Source of the DNA: Octopus vulgaris
Lineage: Eukaryota
Assembly (NCBI GenBank): GCA_951406725.2
Contig: OX597824.1
Span: forward strand, 31,496,001-31,560,000
DNA: 64,000 bases
Reading direction: 5' to 3'
Shown here piece after piece: positions 1 to 13,332 of the stretch. The position numbers and the translations under genes were made by a program. The notes under the pieces are model-generated. The model made no database searches. It was not told the DNA's origin and saw nothing but the letters and a program-made list of their open reading frames with translations. The first letter of the stretch is position 1, and each line of letters opens with the position of its first letter.

Positions 1-469
1 TTTGAAGAGGGAAAAAGTATTCTCTCCAATGAGAGAGACATACCATTTTATATATACAATTTCAAAATGAGTTACTAATACTTTATTGTAGAGATACAAT
101 AATTTGGTAGATCTATATCAAATGCCATGTATCTCCAAGAATTTTTCAGGTTTAGTGCATACTGTTAGACCTATTTGAGAAAGCATAGAATAAAAAAGAT
201 AAGGAAAATGCAGAGAAGGTTGATGCAAAATTGAAATGAAAAAAAAGACAAGAAAAGAAAAAAAACCCAAGCTTTTTGTCCCCTTTGTCTACAGAAGGAA
301 TAATTGATCTAACTGGTGTAGAATAATATAATGGAGAGATAACTACTGAATCCAGAGAGGGTGGTTTCCTCCAGTTTGATAAAAGAAACTTGTCTATATG
401 CTGGCCTTTTCTAGAAATTTCAAATCTGGAATTCAGTAGTGTGGTGCAATTCTTGTAAATAAAAAATAA

Positions 470-716
470 ATGCGCCCTTTTAAAGCCTAGTTAGGCTCAT
501 GGACCCGGTTTCCCGGTTTCTATGGCGTATGTGTTTCCCAGTTGGACAGGACACCAGTCCATTGCAGCGTTATTCATTTTGCCAGCTGAGTGGATTAGAG
601 CAACGTGAAATGAAGTGTTTTGTTCAAGAACACATGTCGCCCGGTCCAGGAATTGAAACCACAATCTTACGATCATGATGCTGACACCATAACCACTAAG
701 CCACACACCTCCACGG
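470..716 (-). mobile_element. tRNA-derived SINE (degenerate copy of the 49070 family)
   Basis: Reverse complement begins gtggaggtgtgtggcttagtggtt...ggtttcaattcctggaccggg, similar to the tRNA-like head at 49070-49145. Confidence 0.6.
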
Positions 717-739
717 TGCAATTCTTGTATGTAAACAAA

Positions 740-985
740 TGTCTGAATGTCTGATCTTTCAGCTATGCATAACTTCCATCTCTTTGATCCTCCAGAAGGA
801 ATCTATGTCTTCTCGTGAAGGAACTTCCAGGATGTTTACTGCTCCTCCTCTCATGTCTCTGTATACTACTGCCTGATTGTGGTTAAATTTTTTGTTTAGT
901 GTTCTTCTCTCAGTTATTCTCTTCTGATGTCGGAGTTTTTCACTGAGAGCTTTTAGCTCCTGCATGATTACTCTTTTACTTGTTT
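740..985 (-). mobile_element. R4/Dong-like non-LTR retrotransposon fragment (pre-RT region)
   Basis: ORF 759-1019 ELKALSEKLRHQKR...NKKFNHNQAVVYRDM...PSREDIDSFWR resembles the region just upstream of RT in R4/Dong elements. Confidence 0.5.
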
Positions 986-1180
986 CAGTCATGTGACTGT
1001 GGCCATGCTGGAGCACCACCTTTAGTAAATCAAATCGACCCCAGGACTTATTCTTTGTAAGCCTAGTTCTTATTCTATTGGTCCCTTTTTTGCCGAACCA
1101 CTAGGTTACGGGGACGTAAACACACCAGCATCGGTTGTCAAGCGATGCTGGGGGGGGACAAACACAGACACACAAACACG

Positions 1181-1214
<34 letters not shown>

Positions 1215-1388
1215 CACATATATACGACGGGCTTCTTTCAGTTTCCGTCTACCAAATCCACTCACTAGGCTTTGGTCGGCCCGAGGCTATAGTAGAAAAC
1301 ACTTACCCAAGGTGCCACGCAGTGGGACTGAACCCGGAACCATGTGGTTCTTAGGCAAGCTACTTACCACACAGCCACTCCTACGCCT
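984..1388 (-). mobile_element. tRNA-derived SINE with internal CA/TA microsatellite
   Basis: Near-identical to copies at 18405-18830 (-) and 38512-38915 (+). Head ggcgtaggagtggctgtgtggtaag...ggttcagtccc has A/B-box-like motifs. Confidence 0.85.
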
Positions 1389-1517
1389 ATATTATAATCA
1401 GTTTGCAAGTGAGTGAGTGAGTATGTATGTATGTATGTATGTATGTATGTATGTATGTATGTATGTATGTATGTATGTATGTATGCTTGTGTATGTATGT
1501 ATGTATGTATGTATGTA

Positions 1518-2039
1518 CCGTAAACCCTCGAGTATAATCCGCCCTTGAGTATAATACACAGGGGATTTTTAGGGGGCTTTACCTCTGAAAAACCTAAACA
1601 TTGTACATAATACACACCCCTTCTCTAACTTGAGTCATGTGTAATTAAGCCAGCAGCACCTAGTCGAACAAACACTTCTGCGCATGCGTAATACAATAAG
1701 GGTGATGTTCTTAACTGTTATATGGGAATGTAAATATGTTTGCAAATTGTTTTTGTTACATATTATTCTGTGTTCCGAATACTTTTATTTTAATAAATGT
1801 TGCTTACTGCAAGTTATGGATGATTTTTTTATGACTTCATTGCTTTCAGGCTTAGCTTAATGTATTTTCGCACCCGACATCACAAAATGCGTCTGAATAT
1901 ACATTGCCAGACAGCAAATAGAGACTCAGACGTTGCTTAAAAAATATTTTTCATTTTTAACCTCGTATATAGTACACACTAGGGATTTTGACCTTTAAAT
2001 TTTAGGAAAAAAATGCAGATTATACTCGAGGATTTACGG
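1518..2039. mobile_element. MITE, Tc1/mariner-pogo type, inserted in a (TATG)n tract
   Basis: TIRs ccgtaaaccctcgagtataatccgc / gcagattatactcgaggatttacgg, flanked by TA on both sides. Confidence 0.85.
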
Positions 2040-2204
2040 TATGTATGTATGTATGTATGTATGTATGTATGTATGTATGTATGTATGTATGTATACCGCC
2101 TTCATTTACTAAATATCCTATTCTAAAATTTCAGGTTTTCATTATATTTCATTTGTTTTTTTACTAAGCCTCACATCAAATTCTATAATATTTGTTTGGT
2201 TTAG

Positions 2205-2276
2205 ATTATTGCAATTGGAATAGTTGGAATCATTACAGGAGAAACAGCAAATCCAGAAAGAACAACTATAATGTTG
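2205..2276 (+). CDS. Gene A (CD20/MS4A-like tetraspan), internal exon: IIAIGIVGIITGETANPERTTIML
   Basis: tttag acceptor and gtaaat donor. 72 nt, phase 0. Same length, G-x-x-G-x-x-x-G pattern and donor context (gtaaatat) as the gene B exon at 60075-60146. Confidence 0.8.
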
Positions 2277-2908
2277 GTAAATATCTCTTTGATTTTTAAC
2301 ATTTTTTACTTCCAAATTTTCTGTGTATTTTTGAAATTCAAAGATTGTAGGACCTTAGACAATCCTCTATTCGTGAGAATTTCCAACTCTTGACATTGCT
2401 TTTATTCCTGAGACTAACAGTTTTAAGATATTGTACACTGCTATCTCATAACCATACAATTATTTATGTGTTTCAATCAATGAAAGCAATAAAAAATTAT
2501 TCTTAAAAATGAAACTATAAGAAACAAAGCAACAATCTAATGTGAACATGCACACACAGACACACACACAAAATACCCTTGAACTGTAAGATTGTTTGTT
2601 ACCAACTGGCTTATATCAAGGATTTTCTGCCACAAACATTAATTTTATCTCTTGGGAATAACAATATGGATAATTTGCATAAAAATAGTTTTTGATCTAT
2701 TCAAAATAATGAAATAATTCTAATTTGAAATGGTTTAATTCAAACAAATAAAGCTATTAGCAATTGCATGTAGATATTTGTTTAAAATGTCCTTTGGCTA
2801 CAAAGGGTCAAAGGCTGCCCATTGGACTTTCATTCACATCACTTGTAAACATGACAGGTGTTCTACTATTGGACCAAAGTAATCTTTTATATTTCTTCAT
2901 CTATTTTA

Positions 2909-3181
2909 TTGGGTTGGTGCATAATTATTGCTGCTTTTTTTTCAACAAATTTTATTAAAAAAAAACAATAACAACATGTAACAAAAACATCATTTTAAAT
3001 GATTATTCCGGAGCATATTCACCATCTACTTCAATTACTGCTTGCCATATGCTTGGCAGAAGGTCAGACCATCATTTATAGATGATTTTGTTAATAGATG
3101 CTATTGTTTTATAGATGTTATTGTTTGTGTTGAATAAAATTTGTTGAAAAAGAAAGCCGTAATAATTATGCACCAACCTAA
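2909..3181. mobile_element. mariner-derived MITE
   Basis: TIRs ttgggttggtgcataattatt / aataattatgcaccaacctaa with TA flanks. The inverted similarity extends ~45 bp. Confidence 0.85.
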
Positions 3182-3199
3182 TAGAAACTTTATTCTTTC

Positions 3200-4075
3200 T
3201 AGAAACAGTTGTATGTTGTTGACATCATTGAATTTAGAAACTTTGAGGGAATATGCCATATGGTTTCACCATTTTGTCCACAAATTCTGCACTTACCACT
3301 TTCTGATGTGTTGTCTATTCTGTATTTGATGTAATTGGTTCTTAATGCTTGCTCTTGGGCAGCACAGATTAGAGCACCCGTTTCTGGTTTTAAATCACTT
3401 TTAATCATCCACAGACATCTTTTTTCTCTGTCTGTCTTATCTTAACATCCCTATGAAATTGTCCATGCATTCTTTTCTTTACCCACCTATTTTCAGTTTC
3501 ATTTGTTTTCAATTACTTGTACAGTGCTTTATCTTTGCAATCTTTCATCCTACACAAGCCTGACCTTCTTACTTCTAATAATAGTGGTTCTGTGGCATTT
3601 TTTACATACCATGCTATGTTGTTTTCTTCTACTGCAATGCTGTGTTCACATCCAATAAGTCCTCTTCCCCCTCTTTTTCTTGGTACATACTTTTCTTGGT
3701 ACTTGTCTGTGTCACTTTTTGGGTGGAGTGTCCCATGTCTAGTTAGCAACTTCCTTATCTTTCTGTCTAAGCTGTTTAGTTCGTCTACTGTCCATGTGAT
3801 TACCTCTGCTCCATATCTAAAGAGTGAAACCATCCAGGTGTTAATAGCTTCAATCTTATTCCGTCCATTTAATTTTGACTTAAGGATCAGTCCCAGTCTG
3901 CGCAAGTACTCCACCTTAAATTTTTCTGTCATTTCTTTTTCCATCAACTTATCCATTTCCAATATCCCCAATTACTTATAGCCTGTCTCTTCTATCTGCT
4001 GCATAACCTCCCCTGTTGGTATCATTAGCCTATCCATACATTTGATTTTGCCTCTCTTCAAGAGTAACACACCAC
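3200..4075 (-). mobile_element. R4/Dong-clade non-LTR retrotransposon fragment (RT thumb and zinc knuckle)
   Basis: GILE...EYLRRL..ILKSKLNGRNKIEAINTW...LHPKSD..YVPRKRGGRGL and ETGALICAAQEQALRTNY...CRICGQNGETIWHI. Confidence 0.85.
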
Positions 4076-4100
4076 GCTTTATCAGGCCAAACTCCATTCT

Positions 4101-4102
4101 TA

Positions 4103-4141
<39 letters not shown>

Positions 4142-4152
4142 TATTATTATTA

Positions 4153-4213
<61 letters not shown>

Positions 4214-4215
4214 CA

Positions 4216-4270
<55 letters not shown>

Positions 4271-4280
4271 CATTATTATA
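4101..4280. repeat. (TTA)n microsatellite
   Basis: Directly visible. Source of the poly-Leu ORF. Confidence 0.95.
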
Positions 4281-4284
4281 AACT

Positions 4285-5480
<1,196 letters not shown>

Positions 5481-5701
5481 GAAATATTTCCTTAGTTCAC
5501 GTTGAATTTATCTAATTTTGGGTCACCTTGAAAATGTCGAATTAACAAATATATACTTCACTGATATTTTCTATATGTAAAACAATAGAGACAATTCTCA
5601 TCTTTATAAGTGAATTTTACAACAAAGATGCGATTTTCTCTATACATATTTTTGTCATATGTGTGTGTGAGTGTGTGTGTATGTGTGTAATTATATATAT
5701 A

Positions 5702-7702
5702 CTAGCAGCATAGCCCAGCGTTGCCCGGGTATGTAAGAGCCCCTAGTAGGCAACGACTAATCCCGATCAAGTCCTTTCCCTCTAGGGAACGAAGGCGCAT
5801 GTGTAGGTTGCAATGTCTTCTCTTCACTCGAATACTTCTGTGTATACAATGTTCCTAGCTGTCCCTTTGGGCGAAAACATTAAAACATCATTGCGCCTCC
5901 CAACGCGTGAACAGCCCACGTAGAGTTGACCGTTGGCGAAGCACTGTTCGCCCAAATGTAACCCAGCGACTTGTAGCGTTTGGCCTTGGGATTTAAGCTT
6001 TTTGCGAGAGGTGCAAGGCGGTTTCCTCATGGGTCTTGTGTGCCCTTCAAGCCCTAGCAGCCGATGCCTTGGCCGTCCGAGGGCTGAGGAGGGTCCTTCT
6101 CTTCTTGGGTGGCATTTGGTTGATAGCAATGTGTTTGGCAAAGGTGTAATACCAAGGAACACGTGGGGTAAGTATTTTGGTGGAAACAATGTGTTTGGCA
6201 AAGGTGTAATAAAAAGGAACACGTGGGGTAAGTATCCCAAAATGTATAAAAATGTACCAAATCGGCAAAAAAGCGGGCAACAATGTAAGTGACAACAACG
6301 AAAGAGTGAAAAGTGACCAAACTGAACAAACGAATGGAAAAGGTTTTTTGGTGCACGCGACAAAAGCGGCTTATAATAAAGCAAGAGTTTGCAAGTAGCG
6401 TCCGAGGACCCTTAGGGTACGTCAAAAATTTAAGGTAAAACGTTTGGGGTGGTAGTTATAAAGAAAGTCTAAACAAAAAATGTATTTGAATAAATTGCGG
6501 CTGCAGCAGCTATTAGCAGAAGTGGGGGTAAAGTCTCGAATGTAATTTTTTCCTGATAGGAATTGGTTGGGTTGAATTATCGATAACTGTTTGATATTTA
6601 TTTGGGAGTGTAAGAGAGATAAAAAGGTCGAGTTGCGTCTCCTAGACAGTCTGTGGTTTGTGTTTAATACACAAATCGGTTTGCTATGTGTGCCACATAT
6701 GATTGATTGATTGATTGATTGATTCTAGTTTCAGCTTATGAGCTGTGGCCATGCTGGGGCACCGCCATTTTGTGTTGCTACTTGGTTTCACTTCATGGAG
6801 GCTTTCTAGCAGCTGCTATTTGGTGCATGAGAGAGTTCGATGCAGCTGCCCTCATCTGCCCCTCCTGCCGTGAAGTTGGTTCATCTGGGACACCTGACAG
6901 GAAGAGATCCAGCTTCATTTTAAAGACATCTGTATCCACCCCATGCAGGTCTCTCAGGTTCTTCGGGAGGATATTGAAGAGCTGTGGGCCTCGGAAGCCC
7001 AGGCTATCACAGTATCTTGTCCTACATCTTGATGGCAGGTTTGGAGTCCTAGGCACCACGCAGTGGCGCCCAGTTCTGGCATTTGCGTAACTCTCGATGC
7101 CAAAGTTCAGGACACTTCCCTCCAGGATCTTCCAGATGTATATTATGGCATATCTTTATTTGATTATATGATTTAATTAACCGATTTTTTCCAGTAATAA
7201 AGTATCCTATTGGAATAAAAAGGGCCATATAGCTCCTTGGAGCAGACATGATGCTCGCTGTGAATTTTAAAAAAAATTCCTGCCAATTTATGAAAGATAT
7301 TGTCGAAAATATGTCATCTTGAATTTGAACGCGATTTCCCAAAATGGCATGATTTTATCGATTTTTTCTGAAGGTAAGGTATTGCATGGAAAACTAACGT
7401 CAGAATTAAGTTTCTTAGGGTAACATTAAGCTTCACTATGAGTTTGGTGAAAATCGATTGCAAGTTGCGAAAACTACAACAGAAAATGTGTTGCATATAA
7501 AAAGCTTAGATTCTCGACCCCATGTAGAATTTATCAATTTTTTTCAGAACTGGGGAAACTTTTCAAAATTTTCGCTGCGTTAGTTTTGAATTATGACATT
7601 GGGCTATGTGTGTGTCAAGTTACATCAGAATCGGTTGAAAGCCGTGGTCAGGGTGAAGGTACAACCTGACAGACACACAGACGCAGAGACAGACAAACTG
7701 CC

Positions 7703-7720
<18 letters not shown>
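5702..7720 (-). mobile_element. Non-autonomous Helitron with PIF1-helicase C-terminal remnant
   Basis: Minus-strand 3' end has hairpin cccgggcaacgctggg followed by CTAG|T at 5702. ORF 5824-6384 ends KSQGQTLQVAGLHLGEQCFANGQLYVGCSRVG...NIVYTEVFE (RepHel helicase motifs V-VI). The 5' end merges into the TA tract near 7710. Confidence 0.85.
6712..7155 (-). mobile_element. 3' fragment of a CR1/L2-like LINE nested in the Helitron
   Basis: Highly similar to 44930-45362 (SLGFRGPQLFNILPKNLRDLHGVDTDVFKMKLDLFLSGVPDEP), with a short tandem-repeat tail. Confidence 0.85.
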
Positions 7721-7744
<24 letters not shown>

Positions 7745-8049
7745 ATATATATAACGGGAAGGTTTACGAAAATAAACAAAAGACGAAGGCAGGTGGAGTA
7801 CAAACAAACAAATGTATTAGTATGGTGCTCAGGAATAGAAATAGAACAAGTCTTTTACGTTTTGCGCCTACGCTCTTTGACAGAAAGATACACAGAAAAA
7901 AAACAAGGAGAGAAAAAAATGCGTGTAGGTGCTAACGATCTATCATGGCGTTTATATATAAGATGTACCCAGTAAGCTATGGACACATAAGAGGTGCAGC
8001 AATGTCAAAGGAAGGCTAACTAGGAAGATAGTTTTTGTATGTGGCAGAT

Positions 8050-9401
8050 GCTCAGGAGCAATAAACACTGAAAATCTACAGAGAACAACTTCTGTCACTT
8101 TCCAGGGAGAAAAACTAGAAGTAGTTGATAGCTTCTGTTACCTAGATGACCAAGTCAGTAGCGGGGGCGGGTGTGCTGAAAGTGTAACTGCTAGAATAAG
8201 AATAGCCTGGGCAAAGTTCAGAGAGCTCTTACCTCTGCTGGTGACAAAAGGCCTCTCGCTCAGAGTAAAAGGCACACTGTATGACGCATGTGTATGAACA
8301 GCCATGCTACATGGCAGTGAAACATGACCCGTGACTGCTGAGGACATGCGTAAGCTTCAATGACACCAGTATGATCCGATGGATGTGTAATATCAGTGTG
8401 CATACTCAACAGAGTGTAAGTACCTTAAGAGAAAAGCTGGACCTAAGAAGCATCAGTTGTGGTGCGCAAGAGAGACGATTGCGCTGGTATGGTCATGTGG
8501 CGAGAATAGATGAAGATAGGTGTGTGAAAAAGTGCCACTCCCTAGCGATTGGAGGGAAGCTGTAAAAGAGGTAGACCCAGGAAAACCTGGGACGAGGTGG
8601 TGAAGCATGACCTTCGAACATTAGGCCTCATCGAGGCAATGACTAGTGACTGAGACCTTTGGAAATATGCTGTGTGAGAAGACCCAGCAGGACAAGTGAG
8701 TCCATAACCCGTGGCCTTTGCCAGGGATGTAGCTAGCCCACTTATACATACCTTTCCTTCTTTGGACACAAAACTCTGCTTGTGAAGACCTGTTGAGGCA
8801 AGTGAAATCAATATTGAATTCGAAATCAAACCACATCCGACGACTGTCACCCATGCCAACCTCCCTTCATTGGACACTAAACTCTACTTACGAAGACCTG
8901 TTGGGGCAAGTGAATTCGAAATTGAACCAAATTCGATGACTGGCACCCAGTCATTGCCAGTTCCACTGGACTGACTCCTGTGCAGGTGGCAAATAAAGAA
9001 ACACCATTTCGACCCTGTGCTTGAGGAGACCTACTGAGTCAAGTTACATCAACATAAAAAATCAATGGAGATTGTAGTTGTGATCCCTGTGCCAGTGGCA
9101 CGTAAAAAGCACCATCCGAACGTGGCCGATGCCAGTGCCGCCTTGACTGGCTTCCGTGCCGGTGGCACATAAAAAGCACCAACCGATCATGGCCATTTCC
9201 AGCCTTGCCTGGCACCTGTGCCAGTGGCACATAAAAAGCCCCCACTACACTCACGGAGTGGTTGGTGTTAGGAAGGGCATCCAGCTGTAGAAACACTGCC
9301 AGGTCCCACTGGAGCCTGGTGCAGCCTTCTGGCTTCCCAGACCCCAGTCGAACCGTCCAACCTATGCTAGCAAGGAAAACGGACGTTAAACGATGATGAT
9401 G

Positions 9402-9403
<2 letters not shown>
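8050..9403 (+). mobile_element. 5'-truncated RTE-clade LINE with 3' UTR and (GAT)n tail
   Basis: LEVVDSFCYL..QVSSGGG...TARIRIAWAKFRELLPLL, MIRWMCNIS...ERRLRWYGHVAR, RGRPRKTW. Stops and frameshifts are present. Confidence 0.85.
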
Positions 9404-9461
<58 letters not shown>

Positions 9462-11648
9462 ATGTGTGTGTATACACACACACATATATACACACACACA
9501 TACATACATACATACATACATACATACATACATACATACATACATACATACATACATACATACATACATACATACATACATACATACATACATACATACA
9601 TACATACAATACATATATATATAACAAAAGAGGTGTATTTCCATGTAGGAAAAAATATAGGAAAATTTGTTGTTGAAAATGCATCTAAATGCTTTTAAAT
9701 AAATTTATTTACATACATACCAAACTAGTTTCAACAATATTTTTTGTTTATCAATGGTAAAAATTTAAAATTATGAATTAGAAAATCATGTTTAAAACTT
9801 TCAATGTTTACAAGTTTCAATAAAATTTTAAATGATTTAAATTTTCACAATATTCAATAATATAAAAAATGTGGATCATTTTGTTTAAATGTACAAAATT
9901 CAATAATGTTAGAAGTAATCAATAAGAAATGTGGATCACCAAAGTTTTGATCATACTGAGGGAGAAAAATAAGGGAATAATGAAGATAGTTAAAAAAGGG
10001 GTTTTGTTTAAAGTTTCTGTGATTCTTTTTCTGCTGTGTGCATGGACTTTTGCTTGTAACGGGTTTTTTTTTTCTTTTTGGAATCCGGTGTATTTATAAT
10101 TTTTCCCATGAACAGATCTGATTTTTGACTTTTTAAAGTACTGGTGATGTCTTATTTTCCTGGTGGTGAAGTATGTTATTCTACCTAGTTAGCTTCCCTG
10201 TGGGGAACGGTCATCAACCATTTCAGTTGGTTGATTCTCTTAAAGGGTCATCTTGTAACATTTGCTGATGTTCGGTTTTGATTGGTGGTAAAATTAAACT
10301 ATTTATTCCTTTCTACAGTGTTCCACCCTTCTGATAATATCATTATTTTTATAAATGCCTTTATATGTAATTATGTACCCATAGGAAACTATATTATCAT
10401 GTACGTATTAGATTTGGAAACGTTATAACCTATATTATACCTCTTAGCTTAAAATTAATATATAGTTAGCATGATCTATCACCCCAATATTCCTTTAGTA
10501 AATACCAGTGATCAGTCTTTATTGATACCACCTAATGAGTAAATAATTAAGTATAATGATAGAATTATTAAACAAATTCTATATAATCTCTTTCTATTGT
10601 TGATAATATGGTATATATACTTCACTATGGTGTTAGAGATTAAACTATTTATTCCTTTCTATGGTGTTCTACGCTATTGATCATATTATTTTTATAATAG
10701 CCTTTATGTAAGTAAACCTTCAAATTTTGTACCCCTAGAAATTTATATTAGCACCGATAACTTCACAATTTATAATGTACCTCTTAGATTATAATTAATA
10801 TATAGTTAGCATGTTCTATCGCCCCAGTATTCTGTTAGTAAATGTTAGTGATCAGTCTTTATAAATACCATATAATGAGTAAATAATTAAGTATATGAAT
10901 GAATATTAAACTAATTCTACTTAATTTTTTTCTCTTTCTATTGTTGAAAATTTTCGTATATATCCAAAATTATTCAAAATTTATCTTTTTGGTAATAATA
11001 TTTTTCTTGGTAACCCTAAATTTTATCTTTATACAATATAACAATATTGTTTAAATCAATCACCTATAGTACCCCATGATAAAATTTCCTCCGTATTATC
11101 ATCATTGGTTTTATTAGCGTCTTGCCCTTTTAACTGGTAGTTAACATCTTGATTTAAGGTCTTCCACTACCCAACTTCATTATAGCTAGTTACTTTATAC
11201 TACTTCAAGATAACCTTGACAAGTTTTATAACTATACCCACTATGATTCTGTCAACTCCCTCATGCCCTTTCCTAACAGATACTATTCTCTAGTCTTAGA
11301 TTTGATAAACAAAGAATTGATAAACAAGACTAATAAATTAAAATTGAACCAAAATCATTGACAAGTTACAACCTAAAAAAATTTTTTTCCTGATGTCTTA
11401 GAAACTTCTAAGCTGAAGTGACAACAGCATGGACTTCATCTGTCTTCTTACCCTATTAGAGAATTTAAGTAAAATTATAAAAATGTGTTCGACTGATTAA
11501 AAAAATTCTATTTATTTATTTATGCAGCTGAGGATAGCCCTGCATTTAAATTGATGTAATGATTGCATTGTTCAATTAAATGGAGCTGCTTGAAACAGTC
11601 GTACTACATCACCTCTGGATATCCTGTCGCTTATTTTGATATATATAT

Positions 11649-11649
<1 letters not shown>

Positions 11650-11680
<31 letters not shown>

Positions 11681-11900
11681 ACGTCCGTTTTCCATGCTAG
11701 CATGGGTTGGACAGTTCGACCGGGGTCTGGTAAGCCATGGAGGCTGCACCAGGCTCCAGTCTGATTTGGCAGTGTTTCTACAGCTGCATGCCCTTCCTAA
11801 TGCCAACCACTCCGTGAGTGTAATGGGTGTTTTTTACATGCCACCGGCATAGGAGCCAGCACAGGCTGGCAAATGGCCATGATCGGTTGGTGCTTTTATG
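11650..11900 (-). mobile_element. RTE 3'-end/SINE tail repeat with (GAT)n
   Basis: Same sequence as 9170-9403. Further copies at 13292-13497 (-), 14738-14960 (+), 20925-21075 (+), 39740-39945 (+), 44369-44690 (-) and 60757-61003 (+). Confidence 0.85.
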
Positions 11901-12490
11901 TGTCATATTTGGGAGGGGTGTATATGTGTGCAAGCATTAGTATGTATATGGATGTATATGTGAATGACCATGTATATGTATGTATGGCCCAATTCATAAA
12001 GGTCAGCTAAGGACGGTCACATGTCTAACCATCCATGAAGAACAAACCAACAGTACAAATGCCATTCCCTTTAAAATGGCAGCAGCTATAACAATAGCAG
12101 AATCAACATCTTACTACATCTACACATTCAAAGCAGTTTGCCATCGATCCTTCAGCAACAACACACTATGATAAACTCAGTGACTGCTATTAAATTCAGG
12201 CCACCACAGACAGACAGGATGTTTTTGAAGCTGAGAATGTAAACTTATTTACATATTGCCTGAGGAAACACAACTAGATTTCATAGTGCAGAGAAACATT
12301 TGCATGATCAAGTACCTGCATGCCCAGAGAACTGCTTTTGTGTGGAAACAATTGTAGTGATTAAAAAACAAATGTCCAACAGTACTCCTTGTTGACTCCA
12401 AATATTTTCAATTATCTATATATATATATATATATGATATGCATAATATATGTATATCTATCTATATGTATTTATGTGTATGTATGTATG

Positions 12491-12526
<36 letters not shown>

Positions 12527-12675
12527 TGACGATAAATGCTGTGACTACAAAGACCCGGGCTGCTTTCTGCAGCAATTCCACATACCCTACCCATTAATCC
12601 CCGGATCCCAAGTACCTATGTACCACCTATATCGTTAAAATGCTATATGTATTTAGGTGTGTATGTATGCATATG

Positions 12676-12711
<36 letters not shown>

Positions 12712-12745
12712 TGTGTGTGTATGTTATGCATAGATGTATATATAA

Positions 12746-12788
<43 letters not shown>

Positions 12789-12977
12789 TATATATACTTA
12801 TATGTTTATGTGTGTGTGTTCATGCAAATTTACATTTACGTACACACATACACTTATGCACACACACACATGCACACACACACATGCACACACACACACA
12901 CACACACACAAATATATATATATATGTAGAAGGAAAGATAAATAAAATGCTTTCATTTTTTTTTTTTTTTTTTTCAG

Positions 12978-13058
12978 AGAAAAATCTATCTTGTTTCCAA
13001 TATTTTGTTAGGAATTATGGCTGCATGTTTTGTAACCCTTCTATTTATTTGTAAGGAA
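12978..13058 (+). CDS. Gene A exon (TM3): RKIYLVSNILLGIMAACFVTLLFICKE
   Basis: Long polypyrimidine tract plus cag acceptor, gtaagt donor. 81 nt, phase 0, hydrophobic. Aligns with gene B KITYMILSIL... Confidence 0.85.
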
Positions 13059-13288
13059 GTAAGTATATTCTTACCTGAATCATTTTGTTGATACTTTCCT
13101 TTAACAATGAAAATTAACTCTTTTATTTTTATGATATAAAAAATCAGAACAAAAACTGCTTACTGTCAGCTTAAATTGAAAGCATGTGAATAATTGACTT
13201 TTTCTACTAAATAAATTTGTGTTTTGGAAAAGCAGCTTTTCTTTGATGAAGCTATTTTGCACATATCATTTTTAACAAGTAAAAATGG

Positions 13289-13332
<44 letters not shown>

